DNA of 63,925 nucleotides, counting the filler, from Craspedostauros australis (taxonomy: Eukaryota): NCBI GenBank assembly GCA_030167865.1. It is 10 parts of 10 records of this genome, joined end to end, with 100 filler letters (N's around TTAATTAATTAA, not from the genome) between each part and the next. Parts side by side here need not be neighbours in the genome. Positions count along the whole stretch, not along the records: positions 10,145 to 22,492 come from JALAGF010005387.1; positions 22,593 to 35,935 come from JALAGF010005389.1; 8 more parts are not named here. The stretch is one strand, 5' to 3'. This document shows, one piece after another, positions 11,043 through 23,345 of the stretch (positions within the stretch are counted from its first letter, which is position 1; each line of letters starts with the position of its first letter). A program made the translations under genes and the position numbers. The notes below the pieces were generated by a model. That model saw only the letters and a list, made by a program, of their open reading frames with translations. It did no database searches and was not told where the DNA came from.

Positions 11043-13265
11043 ATGAGCGCCGCGTCATGCCCCAACTGCGGGTCTAGCGCCATCGAGCAGCACGATGCCA
11101 GCGGCAACTGCGTGTGCACAGAATGCGGTGTTGTGGTGGAAGAGAATCTGATCGTGAGCTCTGTGGAGTTCGTGGAAGGCGCCGGCGGTTCGTCCTCCAT
11201 GGTGGGGCAGTTCGTCTCCGCGACCTCCAGCAAGGCCTACACGGGGGGTCCTGGGCGTGGTGGGCGCTTCGGCTTCTCCCGCGACAGCCGCGAGACCATC
11301 CTGGCCAACGGGCGGCGCAAGATCCAGGAGGTGGCCAGCCGCATGCGCCTTGGCAACCATTACGTGGATTCTGCACATCGCCTCTTCAGCATCGCCGTGG
11401 AAAAGAACTTCGTGCAGGGACGTCGCACGACGCACGTCGTGGCGGCTTGCCTCTACATCTCCTGCCGCCAGGAGAAGTCGCAGCACATGCTCATCGACTT
11501 CAGCGACGCCCTGCAGGTCAACGTCTACACCCTGGGAGCGTGCTTCCTCAGATTCCGCCGGCTGCTGGGTCTCAAGCTGGAGATCATCGATCCCGCCCTC
11601 TATATCTACCGCTTCGCCGCGCATCTGGATCTCGATGACAAGGCCAACGCCGTCGCTCTCACGGCCCTGCGATTGGTGGGCCGCATGAAGCGCGACTGGA
11701 TCGTTGCGGGTCGACGCCCTGCCGGCATCTGCGCAGCGGCCTTGCTCATCGCGGCACGGGCACACGGCTTCTCGCGCAATCCGGAGGATGTCACGCGCAT
11801 TCTGCGGGTCTGCGGCCTCACTGTCAACTCCCGCGTGCGCGAATTCGAGCAGACGCAGTCGGCCATGCTCACGCTGGAGCAGTTCAGCACGGTGGAGCTC
11901 GAGACGGAGGCCGACCCGCCCATCTTCACGCAGAACAGGATCAGAGAGGCGAGGGCCAAGGCCATTCAGACGAACGACATCGAGATGCTGCAGAGCGGGG
12001 CGTTGGATCATCCGCTGGTCGGTGGCAGGAAGACGGGCAAGTGGAGATCTCGCAAGCAGACCGCCAAAAGCAAGGACGTGGAGGCTGTGTATCAAACCTT
12101 GGAACTGGATCTGGCACCAGACAGCAACAACAAACCTGCAACTGACAATGCTGACGGCGGTGATAGTGCCAGCGGGGGCGATGGTCGTGGCGATAGTAGT
12201 GGCGGTGCTGATAATCAAGGTGCCGACGCTGACGCTGACGCTGACGCTGACGCTGATGCTGATGCTGATGCTGATGCTGATGTTAGTGGCGCTGTATCTG
12301 CCGCAATTGCTGCGGCTGCCAAGGCTTCACAGAGCGATGCAACTGGGGATTATACTGACAACAACGACGAGGATAGAATTGAAAACCTCAAAGCCACTGC
12401 CGAAGCCGCTGCTGAAGGTGGCGACAACAAAATGAAGGCCAACGATACTCCTGCATCAGGCAACTCCGATGGCATTGAGAAGGGCGTTGACAAGGGTGAT
12501 GACAAGGGTGATGGCAACGATGATGACAAAGAAGGAAAGAAGGAGAGCGCTTCGGAAACGGACAAGTCACAAGAAGGCGGTCCCGACTCGTCTTCTGGCA
12601 AGCCTACAAAAGAGCTCTCGGCGCTTCATTCAGGTGTTTCGCTCGCTGTGACCTGCACGGCACCTGGAAAGACGCAGAAATTCTCCAACGTCGCGCCGGA
12701 GTGGAGGAAGGCGTATCCCAGGCTGAAGAACGGAAGCGCTATCATCCTGCCCGATGAGTGCAATGCGGAAGAACGTCAGCCACCCATCGTCCCTGTGGAA
12801 GTGCGGCTTGACTTTGGCGTTTGGAAGGAGGAGCTGCCTGCCTCGTTCGCTGACGAGGTCGAGTGCCTCTTTCGCAAGCCAGCCGAGGTCGCGCTGAAGG
12901 AGGCCATCTTCAACAAGATCAACAAGGACTACCTCCACCTACAGGTCCTCAAGAAGGCCACCAAGTCCAAGGCGGAGACTCAGCAAACAGAGGAGCAGAA
13001 GGATTTGCTGGAGCAGGCCAAACGCCACGAGCGGTACCACAGGAAGCGTAACAGAGGCGGCGACGCCAGTGAGAATGAGCCGAGCACGACGGAAGAGGCT
13101 CTGATGGAGGCGGTGGCCAACCGCAAGATCAGTCGCAAGATCAACTACGATGCCATGAGCGCCATATTCGATACGGACGGTACATTCGCCACGGACGGTC
13201 CGGACGGCGCCACCGCAGGTGATGATGATGCCGGTGCCGGTGAAGATGGGATGTTCGAGTTTTGA
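11043..13265 (+). CDS. BRF1: Transcription factor IIIB subunit BRF1
   Basis: Zn ribbon CPNC...CTECG, TFIIB cyclin folds (FVQGRR, HMLIDFSD, GRRPAGICAAALLIAAR), DPPIF, and C-terminal KISRKINYD. Confidence 0.95.
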   Translation: MSAASCPNCGSSAIEQHDASGNCVCTECGVVVEENLIVSSVEFVEGAGGSSSMVGQFVSATSSKAYTGGPGRGGRFGFSRDSRETILANGRRKIQEVASRMRLGNHYVDSAHRLFSIAVEKNFVQGRRTTHVVAACLYISCRQEKSQHMLIDFSDALQVNVYTLGACFLRFRRLLGLKLEIIDPALYIYRFAAHLDLDDKANAVALTALRLVGRMKRDWIVAGRRPAGICAAALLIAARAHGFSRNPEDVTRILRVCGLTVNSRVREFEQTQSAMLTLEQFSTVELETEADPPIFTQNRIREARAKAIQTNDIEMLQSGALDHPLVGGRKTGKWRSRKQTAKSKDVEAVYQTLELDLAPDSNNKPATDNADGGDSASGGDGRGDSSGGADNQGADADADADADADADADADADVSGAVSAAIAAAAKASQSDATGDYTDNNDEDRIENLKATAEAAAEGGDNKMKANDTPASGNSDGIEKGVDKGDDKGDGNDDDKEGKKESASETDKSQEGGPDSSSGKPTKELSALHSGVSLAVTCTAPGKTQKFSNVAPEWRKAYPRLKNGSAIILPDECNAEERQPPIVPVEVRLDFGVWKEELPASFADEVECLFRKPAEVALKEAIFNKINKDYLHLQVLKKATKSKAETQQTEEQKDLLEQAKRHERYHRKRNRGGDASENEPSTTEEALMEAVANRKISRKINYDAMSAIFDTDGTFATDGPDGATAGDDDAGAGEDGMFEF

Positions 13266-13377
13266 TCCACCCTCGATATGAAATCAAACCAGCGGACTGC
13301 AGCATTCGTGGAGTCCATCCTTGTCCTACGTCCACTCTGTTAGAACGTTGTACGAGTATAGTTGTATCGCACGTATT

Positions 13378-14508
13378 CTATTTTGATACGAGCATATATA
13401 TGGAAACGCCACTTCGCGCTTTACGTCGATTGCCACCATCACGTCGACTTGCTGCGGATGCAGGTGCGCCCTTGCTTTGCGTTTCTGCTTGGAATATCAA
13501 GTCGGGCACTTGCAGAACGTAGCTCTTCTTGCTGCGATCGTACTGGACCAAGCAATCCACGTAGTTCTCGGAAGTCGTCGTGGATTCAAGGACCGAGCCC
13601 GCGAGCAAGGGTTGTGGGGCCTTTCCGTTGCTGCTGCCGTTGGTAGTGATGGCGGTGGTGCTATTGGTGACGATCTGCGCCTTTCGCCATGCATGGCGGT
13701 TGGCGGCGTGTATCGGTTCCATTTGCAAAGCGCAACGCTGCAATCGCTTTGTGAAATCCGTGCCATCCGCATTGTCGTGATGAATCATGACGATGGCGAG
13801 GTCATCTTTCGCGGCACCATCATTGTTGGAAGCGTCACTGTTGCTGGCATCACCCGGCAGTCTCACAGTTGTCGACGCATCTCGAATGCATCGCTTCCTG
13901 GACTCGTTGCGCAGCCTTTGGACGCTTTTGCCCATTTGAATGGAGATGGTCGCATCATCGTTTGATGGTGTTTTCTGTGGTTTAGCTGGCAAGCCTCCAC
14001 CATCTCCCTGTTCCGTAGTACAATTCTCTTTGCTCGCCTTCCTCTTGTGTCCGGCGTTCCGCAGATCCGCCCCTGCGGATTCACCCACACTCTTGGCATG
14101 ATTTCGTTTGTGGGTATTGCTGTTGGCTTCCCCATGCATGCTGTCATCATCGCTGTCGCCAACGGTATCTTCCTTGACGGTATCATTGGTGCCGTTGTCT
14201 CGGGCGGTGTCTCCAGTGTTCACCCGCTGTGCTTCGTTGGCATCGACGAGCTTGCCTAGATCTCCAACCGGCACAGCGGTCGCGTTGATCAGGAAGGACA
14301 TGTCGATCACGCTGCTACCGTCGCTGCTATTCCCACTATCATCATCGTGGTCACCATCATCATCATTGTCATCATCAATACTGTTTGTTCCCATGTTGCC
14401 TGCCTCAGCTAGAGCGATCAGTGCTGTGAAGGCAATATATGATGAATGTGGTAGGTAAGTCGCCTCTTTCTCTCTTTCTATACTATCTATACTATGATAT
14501 CCATCCAT
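13378..14508 (-). CDS. Acidic protein with probable C-terminal EAF (ELL-associated factor)-like domain
   Basis: Long ORF. YVDCLVQYDRSKKSYVLQVPD resembles the EAF core. The start is uncertain. Confidence 0.45.
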   Translation of the reverse strand: MDGYHSIDSIEREKEATYLPHSSYIAFTALIALAEAGNMGTNSIDDDNDDDGDHDDDSGNSSDGSSVIDMSFLINATAVPVGDLGKLVDANEAQRVNTGDTARDNGTNDTVKEDTVGDSDDDSMHGEANSNTHKRNHAKSVGESAGADLRNAGHKRKASKENCTTEQGDGGGLPAKPQKTPSNDDATISIQMGKSVQRLRNESRKRCIRDASTTVRLPGDASNSDASNNDGAAKDDLAIVMIHHDNADGTDFTKRLQRCALQMEPIHAANRHAWRKAQIVTNSTTAITTNGSSNGKAPQPLLAGSVLESTTTSENYVDCLVQYDRSKKSYVLQVPDLIFQAETQSKGAPASAASRRDGGNRRKARSGVSIYMLVSK

Positions 14509-15026
14509 CCATCTATAGTATCTGTATCTGCTCCTCGACTCTCCTCCGCCACTGTCCGCTGTCCACTGCCCACCAACATGCTCTTGTTGTGATGGACTCT
14601 CTTGGTTGGTGTGTGGAGGTATCTTTCGACATGATCAGCCAGTCGTGCGTCCGTAGCGACGCAATGACAATATCCACGTTTGTGAGTTGCAATCGTGTTT
14701 TGACAACGGCGGTCGACGGACGGACAGAGTGGCACGTCTCATGCTTGCACCACCAACGAAAAAGTTCACCATGGCGGTGATTGCGCAGCGTTGGAACGAG
14801 GCAGAGTTCCGCAGCCGGTCCGAAGCTCATCCATCTCCATCACCTGCCTTGTCCACTCTGCGAGACCGCCAACAGTATTGGCATTGGCAAGTATCGACTG
14901 GTGGGACAAGAAAGGATTGCGTGTATTCGTACGTCGTGTGGAGAGGATTAAAAAGGAGAAGGAAGGCAAGCTGTCCATTCCCATCTTCGTATCATACTCA
15001 GTTGCTAGCCAAGCGAAAGTACCACG

Positions 15027-17357
15027 ATGATCGCAGGCCAATTCGATGATGCTCCAGAGGAGGCCTTTGAGAGCTACGTACCGCCTGTCAGAGCGTCGGC
15101 TTCGGCAGCAGCAGTAGCGGGAGGGAAGCTTCCTTACGTGGACGTAGGAATGCCAGTGCAGGTCGCTGAGGAGGAGATTGCGAAAGCAGCAGCTGTGACA
15201 CAGAATAACATGCAAGGGGAGCACAAGCACGCGGAGGAGGATCATCAAGGCCAATACCAAGGTGCAGCGGCTGGCCGCAGCAACGCTTCCAAGCATGCAC
15301 ATGGACACGCAGATGGACACGCAGACGAAGAAGGAGATGACGATGACTTCGATGACGATGATGACTATTACTACGATGAAGATGACACTCCCATCATGGC
15401 ATCAGGTGGCGCCGGAAACAAGGGCATTTCCGAAAGCAAAAAGATGAATTTCTCGCACTCCGTCGCCAACTCCGTCAGCAAGATGCAGGCCCTCGAGACG
15501 AAGAAGCGGACGTTGCACACATCCCGCGATGATCGCGCCACCAGCGAGCAGTGCCTGGATCCCAGAACGCGCCTCATGCTCTTCAAGTTGCTCAGCAACG
15601 GCATGCTCGACGTCATCGATGGTTGTCTCAGCACGGGCAAGGAGGCCAACGTCTACTACGCCAAGGCAGGCAAGAGATCCACTTCCGAAGTGCGCGAGTT
15701 TGCGATCAAGATCTACAAGACCAGCATCCTCGTCTTCAAGGATCGTGACAAGTATGTCTCTGGGGAGCATCGATGGCGCAAAGGATACTGTGAGTTTCAC
15801 AATGCGATCATCCGTTGTTGTTGTTGTTGTTATTTTTGTGCACGAGTATTGCAAACTCTTGCGCACTATTATACTCAATGGTATAATATTTGATGTTCAA
15901 TCTGAACTTTGAAACTAGATTATCGTCCTTGTGAATCTCCTCCAACGCATCGAACTTCCATTTCATGGTCAGGCGTCGTTGCATGGCCTATCCTTGTGGA
16001 GCCCTGTCTTCAATTTCATCGGTGTGATGGATCGAGCAATCCTCATCAGTCTTTCCATTCACTCACTCGTCCATCTCTCGTTTCATGGTATAATACATTC
16101 GTGCATACTTACATAATATTCATCTTTGCACATGTCCATGCATGCTCATGAATAACAGGCAAATCGAATCCTCGCAAGATGGTGAAGGTTTGGGCAGAGA
16201 AGGAAATGAGGAACTACAAACGCATCCACGCTGCAGGCATCCCATGTCCTGTGCCCATCTTTCTCAAGAGTCACATTCTCCTCATGGAATTCCTGGGCAA
16301 GGATGGCTGGCCGTCGCCACGTCTCAAGGATGCGACCCTCAAGCACAAGCAGATGCGCGAGGCGTATGTGCAGACCATCCTCATCCTGCGACACATGTAC
16401 CAGCGCTGCAAGCTCGTCCATGGCGATTTCAGCGAGTACAACCTCCTGTGGCACAACAACCAGGTCTACGTCATCGATGTCAGCCAGTCGGTGGAATCGC
16501 ATCACCCATCGGCGTTGGACTTCCTGCGCAAAGACGTCTCCAACGTCAACGACTACTTCGCCAAGGTCGGCAGGCTGGACGTCATGACCACGAGGCAGCT
16601 CTTCGAATTCATCACGGGCGTCCTCGAGGGCGACGACAAGGCGGAGGCGATCCTCCTGGAAAGGTACATGCACGAGGTGGAGCACCAGACCGCCAAGATG
16701 GCCGGCATGACGGAGCAGAGGCGTCGCGAGGAGGCGCAGCAGCAGGAGGTCGACGACGCCGTCTTCATGAGCAGCTTCCTGCCGCGCAGCCTCAACCAGA
16801 TGGCGGAGTACGAAATTCAAAAGCTGGAGGACGGCGACGTCGAGGAAACGTACGCCCATGCGGTCGCCGCCTTGACGGGCAACATGGATGTCGTCAAGGC
16901 CATGGAACGCACCAGCGGCAATGAGAAGGATAACGGCAAAGATGGCAGCAGCGAGAACGGCGGTGAGGAGTGCAAGACGCAGGAGGGCGATGGTCCACCG
17001 AAGAGCATTGTGAACACATTGAAGACCGTAAGGATCGCCGACGATGCGATAGGCACGAGCGCAACCACCAACGACATTGACGACGACATTGACAACGACA
17101 GTAACGACAACGACAGTAACGACAACGATGACGAAGCCCAAGACGAAGATAGTGAAGACGACGCGGAGGGACGATTCGAAAAGGTGGCACGCACACCTGA
17201 ACAGTTGGCACAGGAACGTGAAGACAAGAAGGCGATGCGCAAGGCCAACAAGAGAGCGGTGAAGGAGGCGCAGAGCGAAAAGCGCAAGATCAAGATGAAG
17301 AAGAAGGACAAGAAGAAATCCATCAACAAGGCCAAGGCAGGAAACCGTAAGAAGTAG
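15027..17357 (+). CDS. RIO1: RIO1 serine/threonine kinase; exons 15027-15789 and 16159-17357
   Basis: DRATSEQCLDPRT, STGKEANVY, KIYKTSIL, LVHGDFSEYNLL, IDVSQSVE. Removing intron 15790-16158 (GTGAGT...AACAG) restores GYCKSNPRKMVK. Confidence 0.96.
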
Positions 17358-17613
17358 AGAAAATGAGGGCTGCTTACGTATGTGCATAGAATAGAGCAGA
17401 TCTCAATGGTACAAATACGGAGTGGCGTTACATTGCAGCGTCGCACAGAAACATGATATGGAGTATGGCAGAGCAGACATTGCCCGCACATGCCGCTGTT
17501 GTTCAACATTATCACAGCAATGCGAGCAGACAAGCACTCTGCCCTCGTCACCCCGCTCGTACTCGTGCGAGCACATGGTCAACTCAACTTGAGGCGTATC
17601 CTGTGCTGCTCTG

Positions 17614-19056
17614 CTACAACTTGCTGCGAACTGATGGCGATTTCTTCACTGGCCCGTCGGAAGCCGCCAATCCCGACTGATGCGTCCAACCAAGTCTGGT
17701 CAACGGATGCGTCACCTTGTACGCAAAGCCATTCAATGTGACGTACCCATCAGTGCGATGGAATTCCTCCACCATGTGCTGCACGGAAGGCATCTTGGTC
17801 GTGACGATCTCCTTTTCGGCAGCAACGCCTGGGGCTCCCAGGATGGTGGCCAACTGGCGTGTGACATAGTTGCCGATACCCAAGCTCGCAGTCAAGCCGG
17901 TGGATCGGATGGAGGCGACCGCGATCCAGTTCCTGTCCGGTTTCGTGTGAATCTGATAATCCCGCTTGTTGCTTCCCGGACGCAGACCGACGTACTCGCC
18001 CACGAGATCGCTGGATGGATCGAGATTGGGGACGATGCGCTTGGCACAGGCGTCCAGGTGCTTCGCCACATCGTTGTCGATGGATCGGTCCGTCTTGGAT
18101 GGCTGATCCAACGCCGTTGGGCCGACGACGATCTGGTCGTACAGCGTACCGAAGACGAAGATCCCCTTCGTGAATTGGGTTGGCACCGGCTGGATCGGAT
18201 GCTGTATTCTGGTGGCGTCGTTGCTGGAAAAGACGCGGTACTGTCCACGCCGAGGTTTGGCATGCCACGACGCCTGGCCATGGGCAGAGCTCTGGACCTC
18301 GTCTGCCCATAGACCTGCGCAGTTGATGACAGCCCTGGCTTTCAACGACGATGGCACGTTGGCGCGATCTGCATCGCATGGAGTGCCCGGATGCGATGGC
18401 TTCCGAACGACAGTCCAAACCCCATCGCCAAAGGTGGTCGCCGCCGCGTCACAGGCGAAATTGGTGTGGATGGTCGCACCATTCTCCCTTGCGTGGACAG
18501 CGTACGAGATGGGCAGCAACCACGGATCCACCACCACCTCGCCTGGAATGTGAACGGCACCCCGGCACGAATGGTCGAGGTTGGGCTCCGCGTTGCGCAC
18601 CTGCTGTGGGGATAATTGTCTCGCGTGCGTGTCACCGGCATCGTGGGACTCCGCCACCACCTCCTCCATGTTCCGCATGGCATCCTCGCCATTCTCAGGC
18701 CACAGGCACACCAGGCTGCCGCAGGGACGCGTCGGAAGGTTGTGCGCCTGGCAGTACAATCGCATCTGCGAGATGGAATCGCGTATGAGCGCCCGCTCCA
18801 ACGTTCCTGGCGTAGCGTCGACTCCCGTGCAGGCGATGCCGCTGTTGCTTCCGCTCGCATGCGACAACAGCTCCGACTCTCGCTCCACCAGGACGCACTT
18901 CCATCCTTGCAGCGTCGCCGTTCGCAGGACCGTCAATCCCACCACTCCGCCGCCGATGATCAGGACGTCATAGTCATAGCCGAAGTCAGAGTCGCAGTGC
19001 TTGTGCCGGTGCGAATCCAACGAGGAAGCTTCCTTCATTTCACTTGTCGCTGACAT
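17614..19056 (-). CDS. FAD-dependent oxidoreductase, DAO family (GlpA/L-2-hydroxyglutarate oxidase-like)
   Basis: GGGVVG Rossmann motif, SGSNSG, INCAGLWAD, PRRGQY, VVGPTA, GLRP, IRSTGLTASLGIG. The first ATG is at 19056. Confidence 0.88.
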   Translation of the reverse strand: MSATSEMKEASSLDSHRHKHCDSDFGYDYDVLIIGGGVVGLTVLRTATLQGWKCVLVERESELLSHASGSNSGIACTGVDATPGTLERALIRDSISQMRLYCQAHNLPTRPCGSLVCLWPENGEDAMRNMEEVVAESHDAGDTHARQLSPQQVRNAEPNLDHSCRGAVHIPGEVVVDPWLLPISYAVHARENGATIHTNFACDAAATTFGDGVWTVVRKPSHPGTPCDADRANVPSSLKARAVINCAGLWADEVQSSAHGQASWHAKPRRGQYRVFSSNDATRIQHPIQPVPTQFTKGIFVFGTLYDQIVVGPTALDQPSKTDRSIDNDVAKHLDACAKRIVPNLDPSSDLVGEYVGLRPGSNKRDYQIHTKPDRNWIAVASIRSTGLTASLGIGNYVTRQLATILGAPGVAAEKEIVTTKMPSVQHMVEEFHRTDGYVTLNGFAYKVTHPLTRLGWTHQSGLAASDGPVKKSPSVRSKL

Positions 19057-20065
19057 TGGCGTTGTCCTTGGCGTTGGTATTGCCTCAGAGGTTACTCGTC
19101 TGCGCGAGTATGAGTACTGATACAATTACAATCACAATCACAAGTGTTCTTTCTGGGCCACCTCAGGGCTCGGTCTGGCATTCCGTTTCACGGCGACTGT
19201 GGACTGCTAGGCTGCTGGGATGCTTGGGTTCCAGTAATGTAACAACTCAAACACACCTCCAACGATACTGAATCTATGGGGTCTCTTGTGTTCTGCTCTG
19301 TTCTGCTCTGCATGAATCCGATCTGAGCTGATCTGCTGGTATGGTGGCTGTGGGGTCGCGATGACGCGGAGAAAATGTGGAGGGAGGAAGGAGGATGTGG
19401 CGTTGTGTCGCGTCATTGTTGTGGTAACAAACACTCGATCGACATCTACGACCGCATCGACTCAACTATGACTTCCGAATCACGCATGGTTCGTGAACCA
19501 GAAACAACCTCCGGGTATCTCTGAAGAAATACCCAACGAGTCAGCCTACGGTCCATAGTCAAGCATTTCACTTTTTCTGGTTTTATGGATAACTACCCAC
19601 AAATTCAGTATTCTTCCTACACATAAGAAAGGAAAGACAAAGTCCCTTGTCGCAAAAGCTTGGATTTTTAAGTTTTATGGGCCTTTCCTAGTTTTCTGGT
19701 CCAATGAGTCGACGTGGACAGTAAAACACTTTGACTTTGGGAATGTTGTTTGCGGTGGCCGCAAAATTCACAAGGTGTTCATTCGCAACGGTGTTTTGTC
19801 GTGGTTGTAACCAAAATCCATCCGTTGGGAAAAGAGACAAAGCGATCACACAAAAAAACCAACGAAACCATCAAAGACAACTCGATTCAATTCAACTCGG
19901 TTATACCTCATCACACACCCATTCCGCTGCGTCCGTTCATACTCGTAGCTCGCAGATCGGAGGTGGAGGTAGAGGATAGCTTGGCACTGCTCAACGCATC
20001 ATAGAATACATACTCGTGCATCTGACAATAAATAACAAGAGATAGTTGCCACATCCAAACGCAAC

Positions 20066-21001
20066 ATGGTCCGCGGGAACAAGTCAACGAGGACCCCTGC
20101 AAAACCAGCACAGAACTGGGTCATGTTCCTGGCGATCAGTCTGTTCACTGCGTTGCTCATCGTCCAGCTCCAATCCGTGAACTTCGCACACAGCATCACC
20201 GAAGCCGGGTTGGTGACAACAGTGGATTCCCCCTCTGTTCACGTTGCGGCAGAAACAGGTACAATCACAGTTGCGAAGCCGCCGCCTCGCAAGACGCAGG
20301 CAATCGCATGCCAACGAGCGGTGCCGCCACAACTTCACAAGTCCCAGTGGCAAGAAGACCAGCACCTTCTGACATGGTTCAACAACGTCTGCAATGGTAC
20401 CTACATCGAAATGGGCGGCCTGGATGGTGTCAAGTTCAGCAATTCCCACGTCTTCAACAAAGCACTGGACTGGAAGGGCGTTCTCGTCGAGGCTGACCCC
20501 ATCAGCTACGAGAAATTGGTGGTGAACCGCCCCAACGAGCTCGCCACCGTCCACGCAGGTGTCTGCTTGGAAGAGCAGGACTTGCATTGGGTGCAGGTCA
20601 AGCACAATCCTGGCGTGTCTGGATTCTTGGAATTCGCCGCGGAACACTTCAAACGCACCTGGTGGAATAGGCACCTTATCCACAACGCGAAAGTCGTGAA
20701 GTGCCGCCGATTTGAGAGCATCCTGCATGAGGCTGTGGGCGATTCATTCCACTTCGACTTCTTCTCTCTGGACATTGAGGGCGCCGAGCTGCTGGCGCTG
20801 CGGTCGCTCGATTTCAACAAATTTCAATTTGGCGTTATCTTTGTCGAGGCGGACGGAACGAATGGGCTCAAGGATCAATCCGTCAAGGCCATCCTGGACC
20901 GTGCTGGGTACGACTTCTTTGGCACAGTCAGTCATTCGGACTGGTTTGTCAACAGGAACTTTGATTTGATCTACGAAGACATTGTCTATGGCACGAAGTA
21001 G
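20066..21001 (+). CDS. FkbM-family (Methyltransf_21) methyltransferase with N-terminal membrane anchor
   Basis: YIEMGGLDG..FSNS, WKGVLVEADP, FDFFSLDIEGAE. Confidence 0.88.
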   Translation: MVRGNKSTRTPAKPAQNWVMFLAISLFTALLIVQLQSVNFAHSITEAGLVTTVDSPSVHVAAETGTITVAKPPPRKTQAIACQRAVPPQLHKSQWQEDQHLLTWFNNVCNGTYIEMGGLDGVKFSNSHVFNKALDWKGVLVEADPISYEKLVVNRPNELATVHAGVCLEEQDLHWVQVKHNPGVSGFLEFAAEHFKRTWWNRHLIHNAKVVKCRRFESILHEAVGDSFHFDFFSLDIEGAELLALRSLDFNKFQFGVIFVEADGTNGLKDQSVKAILDRAGYDFFGTVSHSDWFVNRNFDLIYEDIVYGTK

Positions 21002-21252
21002 GAAGAAAGGAAGGAGGGACCGGCAGCAACCAAAATATGAAAATATGCAAGATCTATTCAGTGCAGTGCGCTCAATCATCTTTACAGTTGTAAACAATCT
21101 GCAAGACATGGAGTAGAGCAGTCTTTTCTGGACCACAGGCAAGATTCGATAGTGCAGAATAGAGTACAGTGCTCTGCTCTATGTACATATAACATGATAT
21201 AATATAACCACACATAATAGGTGGCTCGGGTAATGGTGACAAGCTCGTCAAT

Positions 21253-22485
21253 TGTTGGCAAGTTCCGCTCACGGTAACCTACGATCGTGGAAGATGGTGT
21301 TGGTTGATAGTCGTCTGTTTGCTATTTCATTACNNNNNNNNNNNNNNNNNNNNNNNNNNNNNNNNNNNNNNNNNNNNNNNNNNNNNGCGCTTCAATCTGT
21401 TTCGTAGATTCAGTCTCCGACTATGAGTCGGTACGCGAGATCCTCTCTCGCTCCTCTCTGTATTCTCTCTCTCTCTCTCTCTCTCTCTCAATATCGTGTA
21501 CTCATGCTACACGATACTTTGCGTTCAACATGTACTCCGCATTCGACACTCCGTTCATTCCCTACTGATTCCTACTCCATGAGTACTCGCCATTTGAAGT
21601 TCACCTTCTGTATCCATGATGCTGATGTCCTTCGGTCATCGGATCTTCGCCTCNNNNNNNNNNNNNNNNNNNNNNNNNNNNNNNNNNNNNNNNNNNNNNN
21701 NNNACCTACGATCGTGGAAGATGGTGTTGGTTGATAGTCGTCTGTTTGCTATTTCATTACTTGGCTACTCCAATCCTCTTGGTGTACACCAGTTCTCTTG
21801 CCCGATGCTCTCGGCGCTTCAATCTGTTTCGTAGATTCAGTCTCCGACTATGAGTCGGTACGCGAGATCCTCTCTCGCTCCTCTCTGTATTCTCTCTCTC
21901 TCTNNNNNNNNNNNNNNNNNNNNNNNNNNNNNNNNNNNNNNNNNNNNNNNNNNNNNNNNNNNNNNNNNNNNNNNNNNNNNNNNNNNNNNNNNNNNNNNNN
22001 NNNNCATGAGTACTCGCCATTTGAAGTTCACCTTCTGTATCCATGATGCTGATGTCCTTCGGTCATCGGATCTTCGCCTCCTGCTCTGACTTGGAGACAG
22101 CTGTCGACGTAGTGACATGTTGACATCCTGTCGACGTCAGTAGGCATCCTTCTGCTCTCCAGATGTCACGTTCCATTGGTGATGCAGGAGTCTGTCAGAT
22201 GATATCGTCATCTGAGGTTTAGTTGGGAAGTACCTCGAGATTCTCTTGGTACCATTGATGGATGGATGGACGATCTTCCAATTCTCTCAGAAATCGTCGA
22301 TTGCAAATTTCCTCCAGAAATCTTGCCCCTTTTCGTGTGTTCCATTCCCCTGTAATTCTGACGAATCACAACATACTATCGAAACGAGTCTAGTTATACC
22401 GTCCAAGAGCGTATGAGAGAATAGCGGGTGAACGATGCACATATACACGTACATCTTGACGTATACTCACATGTACATCTCGACA
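21253..22485 (-). repeat. 3' LTR of copia family A (~800 bp after removing a gap-flank duplication)
   Basis: TG...CA ends (TGTTGGCAAG ... TCTCGACA), with the PPT complement CCCTTCC right after. Matches 1-471. Confidence 0.88.
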
Positions 22486-23345
22486 CCCTTCCNNNNNNNN
22501 NNNNNNNNNNNNNNNNNNNNNNNNNNNNNNNNNNNNTTAATTAATTAANNNNNNNNNNNNNNNNNNNNNNNNNNNNNNNNNNNNNNNNNNNNCGTCTGGT
22601 ACGTGATCGCAACACTCGTACGTTGATGGCTTTGCATCGGCGTTGACATCGCCATCCCATCCACCGATTCTGCTGCGTCTGCCCCATTGTGAAGCGGGGT
22701 CGTCAGAAAGGCCAGGTCTCTCCAGTAGCAAGGCAATGCTTCGTCTTCTGAACTGAACAAGTCTCCTGTGGATCTTTTCTGCCACACAATCGCTGGCTTG
22801 CGAAGCCAACCGATGGATTCGTCACATGCCATCGTGCGAGCAGATGATGATGATGTATGGCAATTCATGGTCAATGCGGCAATGGAATCCATCCACAGCA
22901 GCGCAAACGCAATGATGAACGCAGGATGTCTGAAGCAGGCTGATGTGGATCGATTCCAAAGAAGAGATCGCGTGCAACCATCAGCCATAGCCTGCAGTAC
23001 GAGCTATGCAATGGTGTGCTCTTGCTCATCGATTGATTCTCTGTGTGGATTGTGATGAGATTGTGAATGGTTTGTGATGGGTTTGTGATGTGCGAGAGTG
23101 GAGACAGATCTGATTTCTTGGCGCCAAAATCGCGTCTGTCCGCAATCCGGAGATGTGGGCATGGTGGGTGCGCTCATGTTCAAAGCGCCATGCATGGATG
23201 ATTCATCTGCATCATGATTGAACAAGTCTTCTCTTACGACTATGTACACGATAGATAGCCCGTACAACACCGCAGATCACTAAACGAGAAAGAGAGAGCA
23301 GCAGCAACACCAATTGACTAATGGATCAGTTTCTACGAACGACGG

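Noticed and set aside
12224..12282. (Ala-Asp)n tract in BRF1
   Set aside because: An ordinary hexanucleotide slippage repeat in a disordered linker.
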